Source of the DNA: Candidatus Nanopusillus sp.
Lineage (GTDB): Archaea > Nanobdellota > Nanobdellia > Nanobdellales > Nanobdellaceae
Length of the DNA: 16,347 bases
Assembly (NCBI GenBank): GCA_046536775.1
Contig: JAWDMD010000011.1
Span: 1-16,347 of the forward strand
Direction of reading: 5' to 3'
A program made the translations under genes and the position numbers. Positions 13,474 through 16,347 of this stretch are shown one piece after another (the stretch's first letter is position 1; every line of letters starts with the position of its first letter). The notes below the pieces were generated by a model. That model saw nothing but the letters and a program-made list of their open reading frames with translations. It was not told the origin of the DNA and searched no databases.

Positions 13474-15440
13474 AATTGTATACTTGTTGGTAAATATGGG
13501 CCAAATACTGTATATACTATCAATATTCCTATTATTGAAAATATTACATAAAATATTGTTCCAAATAATAAATTTCTACCTATATAATATGATGTCATTG
13601 TATTATCAAATCCATATTTTATTCCAGCACTCATATATGAAGTTATTATTACATATTCTATAAAGAATATACCAATTATTGCTTCAAAAAATGTTGGTGG
13701 TATTAAATTGTATAGATTAAATGTATTTACAATGAAATTGAATAAGTTTGTTCCTCCACCAAGACCAAAAGATTGGTCTATTAATTGAAAGAAATATGCA
13801 AGTGCAAAAAGCATAGAAACTACTCCATTATTGAAAATTGTAACCATTGCAGAAATTAATGGTACTAAATTTCTTGATGTCATGTCTATCAATCCAATTA
13901 TTTCATTTAATATTTTTCTTACATTATATCTTATATTATCTACATTTTCTAAATTTGTTGATACATTATATGCAATTTTTGATAAAACCTCAGGACCTTT
14001 TGATGCAGAAGTGACTAAAAGTTGCATAGATTCTCTTACTAATTTTGATGGATATAGATTTAATGAACCAATTTTTGGATCAAATACAGAAATATTTAAA
14101 TCATAACCTCTTCTTAAATTATATAGTGTAGTTTTTAGAAAGTTTTCCATAACTCCAGATGATTTTATTATTTTATAATTATAATATGTTTTTTCAATTA
14201 CTATTTCAAATGGATATCCATCTTCTAATAATGATGCGAATTCATATACAACAATTGGAAACTCATTTTCTATTTCTTCAATTTGATATATTTTTTTAAC
14301 TTTTTGGAAAGATGTTAAATAATAGTAAGATCCCACACCCAAACCCAATCCTAAAGGTAATGTTAAAGTTAAAACAGAATATATTAATGCTCTATCCTGG
14401 TAAACTATATTTAAATACTCACTCAAAAATCCCTGTGGAATAAATGTAATCCTTATAGCTAGAGAAACTAAATGATATATTCCCAAAACTGCAATTGATC
14501 CTAATATTATTGAAATTATTATTGCTGGAACTTCTTTATTTCCAATTTTAAATTTTCCAGGTTTTGGTAAATCTCTTGCTAGGGATAAATCAGGAACAGA
14601 AAATGCAAATGGATTTTTTGATAAGAAATTTTGAATTATTAGAAATGTAATAACTGGTAAAATTATTATATATGAAAATGCTATGAAATAGAAACTTACG
14701 GTATTTAGTAAAAATACAGATATTATTGGTAGCATCATCAAACTAACTATTGGCATCATTACTAAGAAAGATACTATAACTGTTGCAGGTTCTCTTAAAG
14801 CATCTACATATAACTGGGATTTTTCTAGGGATTTCTTTAATACCCAACCTAAAATTCTATCTAATAATCTATTTATGTCATCAATAGATGTTTTATATTT
14901 AATGTTTACAATATGTGTCATTGCATATACAAAATCTGGACTTAAATAAAACCATCTTCTCTGATAATATTCTAATGCTGATTCAATATCAGTAAATTTA
15001 TTTGTTTCTAAATTATATAATAGTGATCTAAAGTCTGTTGCAATATAACCTTTCATGTAATATGCTACATATTTTATTCCATTCTCTAAATTAGGATTTC
15101 TTTTTAGATATAATGATAAATATAGAATTATCCATACAATTTCTGATGTTACTTGTATTCTAACAACCTGTGTATAGAATATTGGATAATATGCAAAATA
15201 GAATGATAAAATTAATAAAGATATTAACAAAGAAAAAGCAAATTGAAAGCTTACAAAACTTAGAATGAAATATATGATTATAGAAAATGATATAAGAGTT
15301 ATTACAGAAGAAAATATATTATCTGGATTTGTATTTAATCTATTTAACCATAAATGAAATGCATATTTTTTATATATTGGACCAGGAGCTTTTAGTTTTA
15401 TTAAATTAAAATTATTATAAAAATATTCAAAAAAATTCAT
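13470..15440 (-). CDS. FlaJ/ArlJ-TadC-PilC-like polytopic membrane platform protein of a type IV filament system
   Basis: 656 aa with the FlaJ architecture: TM bundles alternating with two soluble helical domains. Domain 1 ends in ...LYVDALREPATVIVSFLVMMPIVSLMMLPI, like the T2SSF ..EP..i....vg.iv....lPi segment. Domain 2 has EFPIVVYEFASLLEDGYPFE...LYNLRRGYDLNISVF...YPSKLVRESMQLLVTSASKGPEVLSKIA, like the T2SSF l..G.sl..a...fP..l...i..ge.sG.l...L pattern. It has no cysteine. The match is by eye, not by HMM. Confidence 0.65.
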   Translation of the reverse strand: MNFFEYFYNNFNLIKLKAPGPIYKKYAFHLWLNRLNTNPDNIFSSVITLISFSIIIYFILSFVSFQFAFSLLISLLILSFYFAYYPIFYTQVVRIQVTSEIVWIILYLSLYLKRNPNLENGIKYVAYYMKGYIATDFRSLLYNLETNKFTDIESALEYYQRRWFYLSPDFVYAMTHIVNIKYKTSIDDINRLLDRILGWVLKKSLEKSQLYVDALREPATVIVSFLVMMPIVSLMMLPIISVFLLNTVSFYFIAFSYIIILPVITFLIIQNFLSKNPFAFSVPDLSLARDLPKPGKFKIGNKEVPAIIISIILGSIAVLGIYHLVSLAIRITFIPQGFLSEYLNIVYQDRALIYSVLTLTLPLGLGLGVGSYYYLTSFQKVKKIYQIEEIENEFPIVVYEFASLLEDGYPFEIVIEKTYYNYKIIKSSGVMENFLKTTLYNLRRGYDLNISVFDPKIGSLNLYPSKLVRESMQLLVTSASKGPEVLSKIAYNVSTNLENVDNIRYNVRKILNEIIGLIDMTSRNLVPLISAMVTIFNNGVVSMLFALAYFFQLIDQSFGLGGGTNLFNFIVNTFNLYNLIPPTFFEAIIGIFFIEYVIITSYMSAGIKYGFDNTMTSYYIGRNLLFGTIFYVIFSIIGILIVYTVFGPYLPTSIQL

Positions 15441-15444
15441 TACA

Positions 15445-16212
15445 TTAGCTTGTTGTGCTTGGTATATTATTTAACTGGGAATATGGTACTTGCAATAAGA
15501 ATTGACATAATGGCATTCCATTTGCATTATTACTTATACCCAATGCTGCGCAATTTCCATTAACTATTAATACTCCAGTACTAACATTAACTGTTAAATT
15601 CAAATTACATCCATTTGCACTATTATAATAGTTAATAATCTTTAATAATGCACCAAATACCTGGTTTGTAATCCATGTTGGTAATTGTGCAGAACATTGT
15701 ACTGGACCTGGATTTAATATTGAAGATGGAGAAGAAATTTGAATGTTTGCTTGTCCGGATGCTACATTAAATGATGTAGTAGGAGAATAATTTCCGAATA
15801 CATAACTTGTTGCTTGTTCTGGGCTATAATATAAATTATCAATATAATTTTGACATTCTATATACATGCAATCGAGAGGTGTTATTGTATATCCCTGATA
15901 TTGACATTGACTAGAAGGGCCACCATATAATTGTAATAATACACTGCATGGGACAGCATTTGAACAAATATAATACCCAGGACTTACCTGTACAAGTCCA
16001 TTTCCTATATCTTCATACTTTGTACAAAATGTTGCTTGATCTGAACAATAACTTGAGCAATCTGAAACTGCCTGTTGTATTTGTGTATTTGATATTTGAC
16101 TAATCTTTGATGATTGCTGCTGGAATAACTTAATTACAACAACTGCTACTACTAACATTATTATTATTACAAATATTAACTGTACAGCCATATCTATACC
16201 CCTTCTTTTCAT
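15445..16212 (-). CDS. Type IV pilin-like protein with a canonical archaeal class III signal peptide (candidate major filament subunit)
   Basis: MKRRG|IDMAVQLIFVIIIMLVVAVVVIKLF has a basic n-region, Gly at -1, then ~25 hydrophobic residues and a Q-rich helix extension (QQQSSKISQISNTQIQQAV). The globular part carries 12 Cys (hand count). It is the first gene of the cluster, directly upstream of the FlaJ-like gene. Confidence 0.7.
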   Translation of the reverse strand: MKRRGIDMAVQLIFVIIIMLVVAVVVIKLFQQQSSKISQISNTQIQQAVSDCSSYCSDQATFCTKYEDIGNGLVQVSPGYYICSNAVPCSVLLQLYGGPSSQCQYQGYTITPLDCMYIECQNYIDNLYYSPEQATSYVFGNYSPTTSFNVASGQANIQISSPSSILNPGPVQCSAQLPTWITNQVFGALLKIINYYNSANGCNLNLTVNVSTGVLIVNGNCAALGISNNANGMPLCQFLLQVPYSQLNNIPSTTS

Positions 16213-16248
16213 AATTAAGGATAAATATTTTATTCTTTATAAATATTT
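16213..16248 (-). promoter_or_regulatory. Probable promoter of the cluster
   Basis: The minus strand reads aaatatttataaagaataaaatatttatccttaatt-ATG. tttataaa lies about 24-31 nt upstream of the ATG at 16212, and there is no SD-like sequence. The 10-mer aaatatttat occurs twice in the 36-nt spacer. Confidence 0.4.
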
Positions 16249-16347
16249 TTAGTAGTATATAATAAACTCCATATCCCTTTCATTCCTTAATCTTTCTACC
16301 AATCTTCTATCAATATCAATAGCACTCTTATTTGAATTTATTGCCAA
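16249..16347 (-). CDS. 3' end (32 codons) of a minus-strand gene that starts beyond the window; identity unknown
   Basis: The frame is open from the window edge to the TAA at 16249-16251 and encodes LAINSNKSAIDIDRRLVERLRNERDMEFIIYY*. It is hydrophilic and charged, unlike the exported proteins downstream. It is too short to identify. Confidence 0.4.
   Translation of the reverse strand: MAINSNKSAIDIDRRLVERLRNERDMEFIIYY

Noticed and set aside
13831-14106. Plus-strand ORF of 91 aa inside the FlaJ-like gene
   Set aside because: It is antisense to a 656-aa ORF with coherent TM and soluble domain architecture, and is most likely spurious.
1-16347. High N-X-S/T sequon density in the exported proteins as proof of heavy N-glycosylation
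   Set aside because: Asn (AAT/AAC), Ser and Thr are all inflated by the extreme A+T bias, so sequon density alone is not evidence. It needs comparison with composition-matched expectation and with the cytoplasmic proteins. I mention it only as context.
1-16347. Searched for CRISPR arrays, IS/transposase or integrase genes, tRNA/rRNA genes and long direct or inverted repeats
   Set aside because: I found none. The only repeats seen are short A/T-rich low-complexity strings, the intragenic ISGNPY duplication and the Asn/Gly linker. No regularly spaced repeat units or G+C-rich cloverleaf-sized segments are present apart from the C/D box sRNA.

Overview
Very AT-rich archaeal window, roughly three quarters A+T by eye. 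The archaeal call rests on an overlapping rps24e-rps27ae pair, a family-4 Fe-S uracil-DNA glycosylase, very short TATA-bearing intergenic regions that imply leaderless mRNAs, and a textbook C/D box sRNA. The composition and extreme gene packing fit a reduced DPANN/Nanoarchaeota-type genome, but that is inference only.

Left part (1-4624): the 3' portion of a large Asn/Tyr/Cys-rich surface protein with a C-terminal membrane anchor, a small membrane protein, rps24e, rps27ae, a DUF192-like protein, a coiled-coil protein with a duplicated ISGNPY motif, a C/D box sRNA (3093-3143, minus) whose C box contains the UDG stop codon, UDG, and an arginase-family (agmatinase-like) enzyme.

Right part (4611-16212, all minus strand): twelve tightly packed, mostly overlapping genes that look like one or two operons. 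They encode:
- a protein with a canonical class III (prepilin-type) signal, MKRRG|IDMAVQLIFVIII;
- a 656-aa FlaJ/TadC/PilC-like polytopic platform protein;
- four small N-terminally anchored pilin-like proteins;
- a papain-family (C1) cysteine peptidase on a pilin-like N-terminal helix with an Asn/Gly linker;
- several large cysteine-rich exported proteins of unknown fold;
- a second, 403-aa polytopic membrane protein.

Every exported product has an even cysteine count (2 to 26). The protease has 17, which is even plus the catalytic Cys. The two polytopic membrane proteins have none.

I read this cluster as a candidate uncharacterised type IV filament-like surface, secretion or attachment system that displays a protease and disulfide-rich glycoproteins. 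No secretion ATPase or prepilin peptidase is visible; a 32-codon gene tail at the right edge could belong to one. I found no rRNA, tRNA, CRISPR array or mobile element.
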